DNA of 64,000 nt, from assembly GCA_963664405.1 (NCBI GenBank), contig OY761158.1, forward strand, positions 4,704,001 to 4,768,000, written 5' to 3'. Every line of letters begins with the position of its first letter. Positions within the stretch are counted from its first letter, which is position 1. This document shows positions 10,023 to 18,522 of this stretch, piece after piece. A model generated the notes under the pieces. That model did no database searches and was not told where the DNA came from. It saw nothing but the letters and a program-made list of their open reading frames with translations. A program made the translations under genes and the position numbers. Source of the stretch: Thermoanaerobaculia bacterium (GTDB lineage Bacteria > Acidobacteriota > Thermoanaerobaculia > Multivoradales > Multivoraceae).

Positions 10023-10280
10023 TGGTGCGCCCAATACTTGAGTATTCTACTCGTTCGGTAGACCGTTACGATGAGCTCTTCCAGGATGCCGATCCACCAC
10101 TACTCGGACGAGCAAATGTTCGTCCCGGTCGTCGAAGGCGATGCGAGACTGGCGGATCTCTCTGTTGGCACTCACTCTCAAGACTTGCTCGGGATTTGCT
10201 GCAACATCGAGCACGATCTCTTCCGAGATTCCCCGCCTCGCCGCTTGTTCAATCGCGTGAGAGCTGAGCCTGAGCGGCAT
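10019..10280 (-). pseudogene. DUF4258-domain putative toxin, frameshifted
   Basis: MPLRLSSHAIEQAARRGI... continues after ~10080 in another frame as ELIVTVYRTSRILKYWAHQ*, whose TGA overlaps the DUF2283 ATG. Confidence 0.8.
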
Positions 10281-10365
10281 GACCGAGATGCTACCAGTGG
10301 CCTATGGATCAGCGGACCCGCGTCTGGTACCTGCCAGTCGGGGGAGACAAGGCTAGACTGCACGC

Positions 10366-10818
10366 GTGCGCCGCATCTCGATCGTCGGATGCCCGGGCTC
10401 CGGCAAGACAACCGTAGCCCGGCGTCTCGCCGAAATCCTGAATCTCGAGCACGTCGAGCTCGACAGCGTCTTTCACCAGCCGAACTGGGAGCCGCTCCCC
10501 AGCGATGAGTTCCAGTGCCGCGTCGAGCTCCGCTTACGAAGCGATGGCTGGGTTTGCGACGGAAACTACCAGAGCGCCCTAACCCGCGAAGTGCTGTGGA
10601 ACGGTAATCGCGAGCCCTTGACCAACTTCACCAGTTGGGACCCGGAGAAGAACGTCATCCGCTGGCCCTGGGTCAAGCACCCGGTGATCAGGGCCCGCTA
10701 CGAGAGAGTTTCGAAGGACGGCACTTTGAACCACCTGGACTTGGTCCGCCTGTAGACCCAGGAGGCCGTCGACGAATGGCTCTGCGTGAACCCTAGGAGT
10801 GCTGACGAGGAGCCTTGA
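10366..10818 (+). pseudogene. Adenylate-kinase-like (FlaR/topology-modulation type) P-loop protein, degraded
   Basis: RISIVGCPGSGKTT, HVELD..FHQPNW and WVCDGNY are present. The usual middle segment after DGNY appears missing, and a TAG at 10753-10755 interrupts VRL*TQEAVDEWL. Confidence 0.7.
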
Positions 10819-10864
10819 GCGGTTGAGTGGACGCGGCACGAGAGGATGAAGGAGAATTGGCGGC

Positions 10865-12388
10865 GTGCGACCAAGACCATCCTCTCTAGGCGAGCTTCTC
10901 GAACGAGGCGCGGCGGACGATCCCGCTCTGTGCTCGCCCGACCAGAGCCCGCTCAGCTATTCCGGACTGCGCCGTCAAGTTTCTCTCACGGGCGAGACGC
11001 TGGGAAGGCTTGGCATCGGCCCTGGGCAGACTGTGGCCCTGGTCCTCGACAACGGTCCGGCGATGGCGTCCGCGTTTGTGAGCGTGGCGGCGTGCGCCGC
11101 AAGCGCGCCGCTCAACCCCGTCTACCGCGAAGAGGAGCTCGACTTCTATCTCGGGGATTTGGACGCGAGCCTTCTTGTCGTTCAGCCCGGCGCCGGCGAG
11201 GCGGCGCGGGCTGCAGCCTCCAAGCGGGGAATTCCAGTCGCCGAATTGATTGTGCCGGCAGGTGCAGCGGCGGGAGAGTTCGAGCTCGAAGGAGGTGGCG
11301 GAAGAGGTACGGCCGCGACTTCAGAGCAGGGTGGCACGAATTCAGCTCTGCTTCTTCATACTTCGGGCACCACCTCGAGACCGAAGATGGTGCCCCTCTC
11401 CCAACAGAACCTCTGTGCTTCGGCTTCCAACGTCGCCGAGTCGCTGGCACTCACCCCTGGGGACCGATGCCTCAATGTGATGCCTCTCTTTCACATCCAC
11501 GGCCTGGTGGCCGCCCTTCTCGCCTCTCTCGCCGCGGGTGCCTCTACCTTCTGCAGCCCCGGCTTTGATGCGCTGCGCTTCTTTTCCTGGCTCAGCGAGG
11601 CCGGTGCCACCTGGTACACCGCCGTGCCGACGATGCACCAGACCATCCTCGCCCGAGCGGCCCGCAACCGCGAAACTATCGCCGCGGCTCCCCTCCGCTT
11701 TCTCCGCTCTTCCTCGGCTTCTCTGCCGCCCCAGCTCATGGCTGCCCTCGAAGAGTGCTTCGATGCCCCGATGATCGAGGCCTACGGCATGACCGAGGCG
11801 GCTCATCAGATGACGAGCAACCCGCTGCCTCCACTGCCTCGGCAGATGGGCTCGGTCGGCCCCGCCGCGGGCCCCGAAGTGGAGATCATGGACCAGGCCG
11901 GCGAGCTCCTCGCGCGGAGTGAAGTGGGTGAGGTGGTCATCCGCGGCCCCAACGTCACCGCCGGCTATCTGAACAACCCCGAAGCGAACGCCACCGCCTT
12001 CGTCGACGGCTGGTTCCGCACCGGCGATCAGGGTGTGATCGACGAAGACGGCTATCTGCGCCTCACCGGCCGCCTCAAAGAGATCATCAATCGCGGTGGG
12101 GAGAAGATCTCGCCGCGAGAGGTGGACGAGGTGTTGCTCGACCATGAAGCGGTGGCTCAGGTCGTCACCTTCGCACGACCCCATCCCAAGCTGGGGGAGG
12201 ATGTGGCGGCGGCGATCGTGTTGCGCGAGGGGGCCGAGGTGACCCAGGCCGAGATCCGAGCCTTCGCGGGCGAGCGTCTTGCCCCTTTCAAGGTGCCGCG
12301 AAGCGTCCTCTTTGTCGACACCATCCCCAAAGGGCCGACCGGCAAGCTCCAGCGCATCGGACTCGCCGAGAAGCTCGGGCTGACCTAG
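10865..12388 (+). CDS. Acyl-CoA synthetase, oxalate-CoA ligase-like
   Basis: LLHTSGTTSRPKMVPL, NVMPLFHIHGL, WYTAVPTMHQ, EAYGMTEAAHQMTSNPLP, PKGPTGKLQRIGLAEKLG. Confidence 0.9.
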   Translation: MRPRPSSLGELLERGAADDPALCSPDQSPLSYSGLRRQVSLTGETLGRLGIGPGQTVALVLDNGPAMASAFVSVAACAASAPLNPVYREEELDFYLGDLDASLLVVQPGAGEAARAAASKRGIPVAELIVPAGAAAGEFELEGGGGRGTAATSEQGGTNSALLLHTSGTTSRPKMVPLSQQNLCASASNVAESLALTPGDRCLNVMPLFHIHGLVAALLASLAAGASTFCSPGFDALRFFSWLSEAGATWYTAVPTMHQTILARAARNRETIAAAPLRFLRSSSASLPPQLMAALEECFDAPMIEAYGMTEAAHQMTSNPLPPLPRQMGSVGPAAGPEVEIMDQAGELLARSEVGEVVIRGPNVTAGYLNNPEANATAFVDGWFRTGDQGVIDEDGYLRLTGRLKEIINRGGEKISPREVDEVLLDHEAVAQVVTFARPHPKLGEDVAAAIVLREGAEVTQAEIRAFAGERLAPFKVPRSVLFVDTIPKGPTGKLQRIGLAEKLGLT

Positions 12389-12397
12389 AGAGTGCCG

Positions 12398-13357
12398 ATG
12401 CGAGTCTGCATCTTCGGCGCCGGCGCCATCGGCTGCTATCTGGGAGTGGAGCTCGATCGGGTCGGAGTCGAGGTCAGCATGGTCGCTCGCGGCGCCCATC
12501 TGGATGCGATGCGCCGGAATGGCGTCGTTCTGCTCAGCGGTGACGATAAACGGGTGGCACCTATTGCGGTCAGCGATTCGGCGGCCGATCTGGGCCCCTG
12601 CGATGCTGTGATCGTCGCCCTCAAAGCGCACTCGGTGCCGGCTGCCGTGGGGTCGATGACGCCTCTGCTCGGTGATGATACGGCGGTTGTAACCGCCCAG
12701 AACGGCATTCCCTGGTGGTACTTCCATACCCTGCCCGGCCCGTGGGAGGGGCGGCACCTGGAGAGCGTGGACCCCGGCGGGAAGATCTGGGACACACTCG
12801 GCCCGGAGCGGGCGATCGGCTGCGTTGTTTACCCCTCGTGCGAGATCGTCGAACCTGGTGTCGTGCGCCATCTCGAGGGTCGGCGCATGATGCTCGGAGA
12901 GCCGGACGACAGTCGCTCAGAGCGTGTTGTGGCTCTCGCCGCCGCCTTCGGGGAAGCGGGGTTCAAGGCTCCAGTGAGACGGAGCATTCGCGACGACATC
13001 TGGCTGAAGCTGTGGGGCAACGTTGCGTTCAATCCTGTGAGCGTGCTCACCGGCGCAACTCTGGGCGAGATGGGTGCTCATGCGCCGACGCGCAAGGTAC
13101 TCCGCAGCATGATGGAAGAGGCGGCGGCGGTGGCGACCCGGCTCGGCGCTCGCTTCGCCGTAGACGTGGAGAAGAGGATCGATTGGGGAGCCGATGTCGG
13201 GGCGCACAAGACTTCGATGCTGCAGGATTTCGAGCGCGGGCGACCGCTCGAGTTAGGGGCGGTAGTTGGAGTCGTATCCGAATTGGGGCGGATGGTAGAA
13301 GCGCCGACACCGATGATTGATGCCGTTCACGCGCTCGTTCAATTACGAATGGGTTGA
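12398..13357 (+). CDS. 2-dehydropantoate 2-reductase family (PanE/ApbA-like)
   Basis: GAGAIG, AQNGIPWWYF, IWLKLWGN..FNPVS, HKTSMLQD. The pairing with an oxalate-CoA-ligase-like gene is a known arrangement. Confidence 0.9.
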   Translation: MRVCIFGAGAIGCYLGVELDRVGVEVSMVARGAHLDAMRRNGVVLLSGDDKRVAPIAVSDSAADLGPCDAVIVALKAHSVPAAVGSMTPLLGDDTAVVTAQNGIPWWYFHTLPGPWEGRHLESVDPGGKIWDTLGPERAIGCVVYPSCEIVEPGVVRHLEGRRMMLGEPDDSRSERVVALAAAFGEAGFKAPVRRSIRDDIWLKLWGNVAFNPVSVLTGATLGEMGAHAPTRKVLRSMMEEAAAVATRLGARFAVDVEKRIDWGADVGAHKTSMLQDFERGRPLELGAVVGVVSELGRMVEAPTPMIDAVHALVQLRMG

Positions 13358-13383
13358 CAAGACGGCAGCGCTTGCCTCATCAT
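13354..13383 (+). promoter_or_regulatory. Putative sigma70-type promoter
   Basis: Perfect TTGACA at 13354-13359 and a weak -10 (CATCAT) after an 18-bp spacer. Confidence 0.45.
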
Positions 13384-13519
13384 TTCTCCCATAGAAGCTC
13401 CGTCCACATCCGAATGTCGAGTGTGAGACGGCAGTCCCAGGGGGTTTGAGCGGCCTTAGGGGCTGGGCGGTATGGGTGCCGCCGATTTTTGTTTTCGCTC
13501 AGAAAGGAGGTGGTCCAAA

Positions 13520-13561
13520 GTGGATAGTCATAAACGTTTGTTGGAGGTGACCACCTTCTAG
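13520..13561 (+). CDS. Putative 13-aa peptide MDSHKRLLEVTTF
   Basis: GTG start just after an extended Shine-Dalgarno; TAG stop at 13559-13561. Confidence 0.45.
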   Translation: MDSHKRLLEVTTF

Positions 13562-13635
13562 GGAACCCGCCGCAAGCGAAGCCTTGAGGTGGGGGTTCCC
13601 CGACGAGGGAACCCATGGTCACCAAGGCAAACACC

Positions 13636-13668
13636 AGCCCCGGTCCTCTCAGGAGGCCGGGGCTTTTT
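13636..13668 (+). terminator. Intrinsic terminator
   Basis: AGCCCCGGTCCTC-TCAG-GAGGCCGGGGCT followed by a T-run. Confidence 0.85.
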
Positions 13669-13759
13669 ACTTTCTGAGGCGGGCCCCCAGAGGTGCCCCC
13701 TCCCCCGCGGCCTGCGATCCATCCCTATGCGCCACGCCTCGATGCTCGCAAAGAGAAGC

Positions 13760-13822
13760 CCCTCCCTTCCCTTACTCCCTTACTCTCTTACTCCTTTACT
13801 TCTTACTCCTCACTCCTCACTC
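13760..13822. repeat. Degenerate pyrimidine-rich tandem repeat (CTTACTCC / CTCACTC-like units)
   Basis: CCTCCCTTCCCTTACTCCCTTACTCTCTTACTCCTTTACTTCTTACTCCTCACTCCTCACTC has no G on the + strand. Confidence 0.7.
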
Positions 13823-13827
13823 GCCAA

Positions 13828-14571
13828 TCACGCCATCGTCAGACCGCCGCTCACGGACAGGGTCTGACCCGTGATGTAACCGGCCTCCTCCGAGGCGAGG
13901 AAGACGACGGCGTGGGCGACGTCCCGGGGCTGGCCCAAGCGGCGCATCGGTACAGCGCGGACCATCGAGTTGATCACCTTGTCACCCCCGGAGGAGGCGT
14001 CGACGATGCCCTTGAGTAGCGGCGTGTCGGTGGGTCCTGGGCAGACGGCGTTGGCAGTTATGGCGTAGCGGGCCATTTCTCGTGCGATGGTCTTGGTGAA
14101 GGAGATGAGACCGCCCTTCGCTCCGGAGTAGACGGACTCCAGCGAGGACCCGACTCTGCCGGCATCCGACGCGATGTTGATGATGCGGCCCCAGCCATTG
14201 TCGACCATTGCCGGCAACAGAGCCTTGGTGACCCGCATCGGTCCGGCGAGATTGATATCGAGAACTTTCTGCAGGAAGCTCTCGTCGACATCGAGGAAGG
14301 GCTTGAGCTCGTCCCATCCGGCACAATTGACGCAGATACCCGGCGCGCCGATCGCGGAAGTGACTTCAGCGGCCGCCTCTTCGACGCCGACCGCGTCGGT
14401 CACGTTCAAGGAAACCGCAATACCCCCGATCTCCTCGGCGATCTGGTCGGTCGCCGATCCGGGAAGGTCGGCGACGGCGACACGATGTCCGGCAGCCGCC
14501 AAGCGACGGCAAATCTCGGCGCCGATCCCTCCGGCACCACCGGTGACGAAGGCTACTCGTTGTTCTGTCAT
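13828..14571 (-). CDS. SDR oxidoreductase, 2-hydroxycyclohexanecarboxyl-CoA dehydrogenase (BadH)-like
   Basis: TGGAGGIG, VNCAGWD, NIASDAGRVGSS.E.VYSGAKGG, CPGPTDTPL, ITGQTLSVSGGLTMA. Confidence 0.85.
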   Translation of the reverse strand: MTEQRVAFVTGGAGGIGAEICRRLAAAGHRVAVADLPGSATDQIAEEIGGIAVSLNVTDAVGVEEAAAEVTSAIGAPGICVNCAGWDELKPFLDVDESFLQKVLDINLAGPMRVTKALLPAMVDNGWGRIINIASDAGRVGSSLESVYSGAKGGLISFTKTIAREMARYAITANAVCPGPTDTPLLKGIVDASSGGDKVINSMVRAVPMRRLGQPRDVAHAVVFLASEEAGYITGQTLSVSGGLTMA

Positions 14572-14594
14572 GGATCTCCCTACGCTTCTGGTAC

Positions 14595-15389
14595 TCACCG
14601 GTACTTGGAAAAGTCGGCTTCCCTTTTCTCGTTGAAGGCCTCCACTCCTTCTTTCGCCTCGTCGGTGTCGAGAAAGAGGTCCAGACTGTCGAAAGCCATC
14701 GAGCCGATCCCGGCGATCGATTCGCTGTCGGCGTTGAAAGAATGTTTGAGAACCTTCAATGCGGTGGGACTCTTGTCCAACATCTCGTCTGCCCAACGGC
14801 GAACCTCGGCGCCGAGCTCCGCGTAGGGAACGACCGAGTTGACGAGGCCCCAGCGCTCCATTGTGGCGGCGTCGTAGAGGCGGCACAGATACCAGACCTC
14901 CCGTGCACGTTTTTCACCGAGGATGCGAGCGAGATAGGCGCTGCCGAAGCCGGCGTCGAAGGAGCCGACCCGTGGACCCGCCTGCCCGAAGCGAGCGTGG
15001 TCGGCCGCGATCGTCAGATCGCACAGAACGTGGAGCACATGCCCGCCGCCGACAGCGACGCCGTTGACCGCCGCGATCACCGGCTTGGGGATGTCACGGA
15101 TGAGCCGATGCAGGGTCTCTACCTCGAAGAGGCCACTCTCGGTGGGACCGTAGTCGCCGGTCTCGAGGCGCTGCTTCTGATCGCCTCCGGCGCAGAAAGC
15201 TTTGTCGCCGGCGGCGGTCAGAACCACGACTCCGACCGTCGAGTCCGCCCAGGCGGTCTTGAAGCCGCGGATCAGCTCGTCGATGGTTCTACCGCGAAAC
15301 GAGTTGAATCTCTCGGGGCGATTGATGGTGATGGTGGCGAGGCCGTTCTCGACCTCGTAGAGAGTGTCTTGGAGATCAGGTTTGGTCAC
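14595..15389 (-). CDS. Crotonase-family protein, 2-ketocyclohexanecarboxyl-CoA hydrolase (BadI)-like
   Basis: AFCAGGDQ, GGGHVLHVLCDLTIA, GPRVGSFDAGFG, SFNADSESIAGI; adjacent to a BadH-like SDR. Confidence 0.85.
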   Translation of the reverse strand: MTKPDLQDTLYEVENGLATITINRPERFNSFRGRTIDELIRGFKTAWADSTVGVVVLTAAGDKAFCAGGDQKQRLETGDYGPTESGLFEVETLHRLIRDIPKPVIAAVNGVAVGGGHVLHVLCDLTIAADHARFGQAGPRVGSFDAGFGSAYLARILGEKRAREVWYLCRLYDAATMERWGLVNSVVPYAELGAEVRRWADEMLDKSPTALKVLKHSFNADSESIAGIGSMAFDSLDLFLDTDEAKEGVEAFNEKREADFSKYR

Positions 15390-15490
15390 GATGATGGCTC
15401 CTCCGTACTGAACGCACGGAGCATACCGTGCGCTCCTCTGAGGTCCGCTCGTCTAGTGGGGTAGGTTTCTCCACCCCATCGAGGCACTGG

Positions 15491-16819
15491 CTACTTCGCG
15501 AGGAGTGACGCGCGTACGATCTCGTTGTCGTTGCGGATCACGATATGACCGTTGGCATAGGCTGGGTGCACCCAGTTGACAGCGCCCCGCTCGCGACGGG
15601 CGCGAAGACCGTTGGAATTGGTCGGCTCGATGAGCTCGGTGCGGTCGATCTCGTCGTAGCCGGTGGGGGAGAGCCGAGCGAGGATGAGCTCACCGCGGTC
15701 GTTGGAGATGAAGTAGCGATCGCCGTTCTTGACCAGAAAGGCGTTGGCGATGCGCGCATCCTCGGAGGGCTCGGCGGTCTTCCAGAGCTCCTTGCCGGTG
15801 GCGGCATCGAGGCAGCGCAGGTGACCGATGCCGCCGACGCCGTAGACGTAGTCGCCGTCGAAGAAAGGGGTGGAGAGGAAGGCATGAATGCCCTCGACGT
15901 CCGCCTTGCTCGTGCTCTTCCCCTGCCATACGATGCGCGCCTTCGGCGCTTTCTCCTCGAGCAGTATCAGGGTGCTGCCGTGGGAGGCGGAAGAAACCAG
16001 CAGCCGGTTGCCGTCGACGATCGGGGTGGAGATGGTCTGACCCATGTCGACCTTGTAGGGGAATTCCCAGTTCACTCGGCCGGATGCGGGCTCGAGCGAG
16101 CGGATGGCTTCGGGAGACCAGATGATGAGCTGCTGCGTACCGCCGGCGGTGACCATGAAAGGAGGCGCGTAGCCCGGCTGCGTAACGGTGGGCAGGGCGC
16201 GCCATACTTCCTTGCCGGTGTTCTTGTCGAGCGCCATCGCCAGCGCATCGGGCTCTCCGCCGACCAGTAGCAGCAGGCGCTCACCGTCGACCAGCGGTGC
16301 CCCGACCATGCCCCACGGAGGCACCTCGGCGGCGAAGTCGGCGACATAGTCGCGACTCCAGACGACACCCCCGTCGGCACTGCGTAGGCAGAAGAGCTTG
16401 CCGGTCGAGCCGAGGACGTAGACTCGATCTCCGTCTACCGTCGGAGTCGCTCGGGGGCCGTTCGCGTACACCGGCTGAAGCCCTCGGGTCGAGATCGACC
16501 ATTCGTGCTCCCACAGTGTCTTTCCGCTCTCCTCGTCGAGCGCGAGCACGCGCTCGATTCCGTCGCTCCCCTCGGTGCGTCTCCAGTCGGTGACGAACAC
16601 TCGTCCGGCCGCTACGGCCGGCCCTCCATAGCCTGCCCCCACCGGCACCCGCCACTTGACTTTCAATCCATCGGACGGGAAGCGCTCGAGGAGACCGGTC
16701 TCGTTCCACACTCCGAGTCGGCCTTCCCCTCTCCACTCGGGCCAGTCGTTTCCGCGAGCGCCCCAGGTGGTGAGGATCGCAGTCATGGCAAGGCAGAATC
16801 CGATCGGTGTCTTCGGCAT
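15491..16819 (-). CDS. Secreted PQQ-binding-like beta-propeller protein
   Basis: Signal peptide, DWPEWRG..R.GVW, GPRATPTVDGDRVY, W.HPAYANG. Confidence 0.88.
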   Translation of the reverse strand: MPKTPIGFCLAMTAILTTWGARGNDWPEWRGEGRLGVWNETGLLERFPSDGLKVKWRVPVGAGYGGPAVAAGRVFVTDWRRTEGSDGIERVLALDEESGKTLWEHEWSISTRGLQPVYANGPRATPTVDGDRVYVLGSTGKLFCLRSADGGVVWSRDYVADFAAEVPPWGMVGAPLVDGERLLLLVGGEPDALAMALDKNTGKEVWRALPTVTQPGYAPPFMVTAGGTQQLIIWSPEAIRSLEPASGRVNWEFPYKVDMGQTISTPIVDGNRLLVSSASHGSTLILLEEKAPKARIVWQGKSTSKADVEGIHAFLSTPFFDGDYVYGVGGIGHLRCLDAATGKELWKTAEPSEDARIANAFLVKNGDRYFISNDRGELILARLSPTGYDEIDRTELIEPTNSNGLRARRERGAVNWVHPAYANGHIVIRNDNEIVRASLLAK

Positions 16820-16841
16820 GGTGTTCCCCTTTCGGCTGGTT

Positions 16842-17192
16842 CTAATGATCGTGCCCGTGAGGGCGCTCCGCGAAGTCTCGAGCGTGCGCCTCCAGTTCTG
16901 ATGCGAGGCAGATTCCCTTCTGCTCTAGGAGGATCTCCAAAGCAGTCTGCCATCGCTCGTAGTATCTGAATTCGCTCTCCTCATTCTGATGGGCCAGTTC
17001 CCAGGCGCCGATCTCCTCGATCAGCTCGTGTTGGAACTCCCGCCACAAGAACAGGTTCCGTTCCAGCAGCGCCAGGGTGACGCCGAAGAGGCGACTCTCC
17101 CACGGTGCCGCGAACACAAGCTCTCCGTTGGAGCGCGGAGGGGCCGCGGGTCCGGCGATCGGAAGGCCGGTCTCTGCAACCGCTTCAGCCAT
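16842..17192 (-). CDS. Nitrile hydratase accessory (activator) protein
   Basis: [30 protein letters not shown], His-rich tail PHGHDH; stop/start overlap with the alpha subunit. Confidence 0.92.
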   Translation of the reverse strand: MAEAVAETGLPIAGPAAPPRSNGELVFAAPWESRLFGVTLALLERNLFLWREFQHELIEEIGAWELAHQNEESEFRYYERWQTALEILLEQKGICLASELEAHARDFAERPHGHDH

Positions 17193-17790
17193 CGCTTCCC
17201 GGTGTACTGACGGTGCCGACCCCGATCATCGCGTCGCGACCGATGATCGTGGCGAGCTCCTCCTCGGTCATTGCCTCGGTGCCCTGCGGACGCTGAGGGA
17301 GGACCATGTAGCGGACTTCGGCGCTCGAGTCCCACACTCGTACCTCCGTTGTCTCGGGCAGGTCGAGCCCCATCTCGTGGAGCACGCGGCGAGGCTCGCG
17401 AACGACCCGTGAGCGGTAGGCGGGCTCCTTGTACCAGCTCGGTGGCAGGCCGAGGACCGCCCACGGGTAACAGGAGCAGAGAGTGCAAACCACGACGTTG
17501 TGGACTTGGTCGGTATTCTCTTTGACCTCGAGGCGGTCCATCTGCGGCCCCTCGAAGCCGAGCTCGGCGATCGCGGCGTTGCCGTCCGCGAGTAGCCGCT
17601 CGCGGAACTGCGGATCGGTCCAGGCCTTGGCTACCACCTGCGCCCCTCGCATGGGGCCGATGTCCTCTTCGTAGCGGCGGATGATCTTGTCGATTTCGGC
17701 GGAGTCGATCAGCCCCTTTTCGCGCAGCAGTGACTCGAGAGCTTCGGTACGAAGCTCGGCAGACGAAGGATCGTGGGTGTGCTCACTCAT
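17185..17790 (-). CDS. nthA: Nitrile hydratase alpha subunit, cobalt-type
   Basis: Metal-binding motif VCTLCSCY (Thr/Tyr indicate Co-type), [24 protein letters not shown]. Confidence 0.96.
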   Translation of the reverse strand: MSEHTHDPSSAELRTEALESLLREKGLIDSAEIDKIIRRYEEDIGPMRGAQVVAKAWTDPQFRERLLADGNAAIAELGFEGPQMDRLEVKENTDQVHNVVVCTLCSCYPWAVLGLPPSWYKEPAYRSRVVREPRRVLHEMGLDLPETTEVRVWDSSAEVRYMVLPQRPQGTEAMTEEELATIIGRDAMIGVGTVSTPGSDG

Positions 17791-18454
17791 GGCTTGGCTC
17801 CAAGTAGCTTTCGAAGAGGTCTAAGTAGATCTGACTCTGCGCCTCGGCGTCGTTGCCCCATAGCTCCTCGCCGCTGAAGCGAACGCTGTAGAGGTGCTGA
17901 GGATTCTCACCCAGATCGTGGGCGTTGGTGTCCGGAAACACGCATGCTGGGTAGATCGCGGCTACAGCCCCCTGCTTCCCTTTCGCATACCCCGGTAGGC
18001 GGGTGTGGCCGGAGGGGTGCATATTGCGGGCTCTCACGGCTGTTCCCGGCTCGAAGCGCGGCTGCTGGGCGACCTCGCGGAAGGCGGTGCCCCCTCCTCC
18101 ACGCTTCGCCTCGATCTTGCCCCCGGTGGCGGAGGAGGGAGTGAGTGGCTCGCCCGCGGCGAGCGCCCGCGAGCGCTCCACGAGCTCGCTCGCTTCGAGG
18201 ATTCCCTCTTCGACGAGAAGCTGCTCCAGGCTTGCGAGCCAGCGCCCGTAATAGCCGGCACCCAGGTAGGTCAGAGCGTCGAGACGCTCGATCGAGTGTC
18301 GGAACTTGTCGATCTTGAGGCCAAGCCTCCCGCGCGCCAGGCCGGTGATGACATGGGTACGGGCCTGCCACGCTTCTTTGAACAGAGGCGCATCGACTTC
18401 GACCTCGATAGGCCCGAATCCGTGCATGCCGCCGAGGTCGTGAATTCCGTCCAT
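17783..18454 (-). CDS. nthB: Nitrile hydratase beta subunit
   Basis: [41 protein letters not shown]. Confidence 0.95.
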   Translation of the reverse strand: MDGIHDLGGMHGFGPIEVEVDAPLFKEAWQARTHVITGLARGRLGLKIDKFRHSIERLDALTYLGAGYYGRWLASLEQLLVEEGILEASELVERSRALAAGEPLTPSSATGGKIEAKRGGGGTAFREVAQQPRFEPGTAVRARNMHPSGHTRLPGYAKGKQGAVAAIYPACVFPDTNAHDLGENPQHLYSVRFSGEELWGNDAEAQSQIYLDLFESYLEPSHE

Positions 18455-18522
18455 GACGTAGCTTCCAACTATATCGCCCTGGCGAGGCCGTCGGGCAGAG
18501 CCGCTGCTATGCTGCAGCACCG

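Larger units (their letters stand above)
13390..13668 (+). ncRNA. Candidate structured small RNA / sORF-bearing transcript
   Basis: Lies between the promoter and an intrinsic terminator and contains several hairpins. AGAAAGGAGGTGGTCCA at 13501-13517 matches the complement of the 16S rRNA 3' end at 16/17. Confidence 0.55.

Noticed and set aside
10753-10755. Pyrrolysine or other read-through of the in-frame TAG
   Set aside because: The same gene also appears to have an internal deletion, and there are no pyl genes or relevant enzyme family.
11342-12871. Long antisense and alternate-frame ORFs (also 37816-38676, 39684-40580, 43655-44536, 58466-59338, 61575-62612)
   Set aside because: Shadow ORFs of well-supported genes, expected at high GC, with no recognisable motifs.
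13501-13517. Possible 16S rRNA gene end on the minus strand
   Set aside because: Similarity stops after 17 nt and the adjoining sequence does not continue as 16S helix 45.
13390-13668. tmRNA, SRP, 6S or RNase P assignment
   Set aside because: No tRNA-like acceptor/T-arm or Ala-Ala tag ending, no SRP GNRA-capped domain IV and no RNase P P4 motif recognised by eye. An Rfam search is still needed.
14595-15389. Calling the crotonase menB
   Set aside because: No other men genes are nearby, and the adjacent BadH-like SDR favours BadI.
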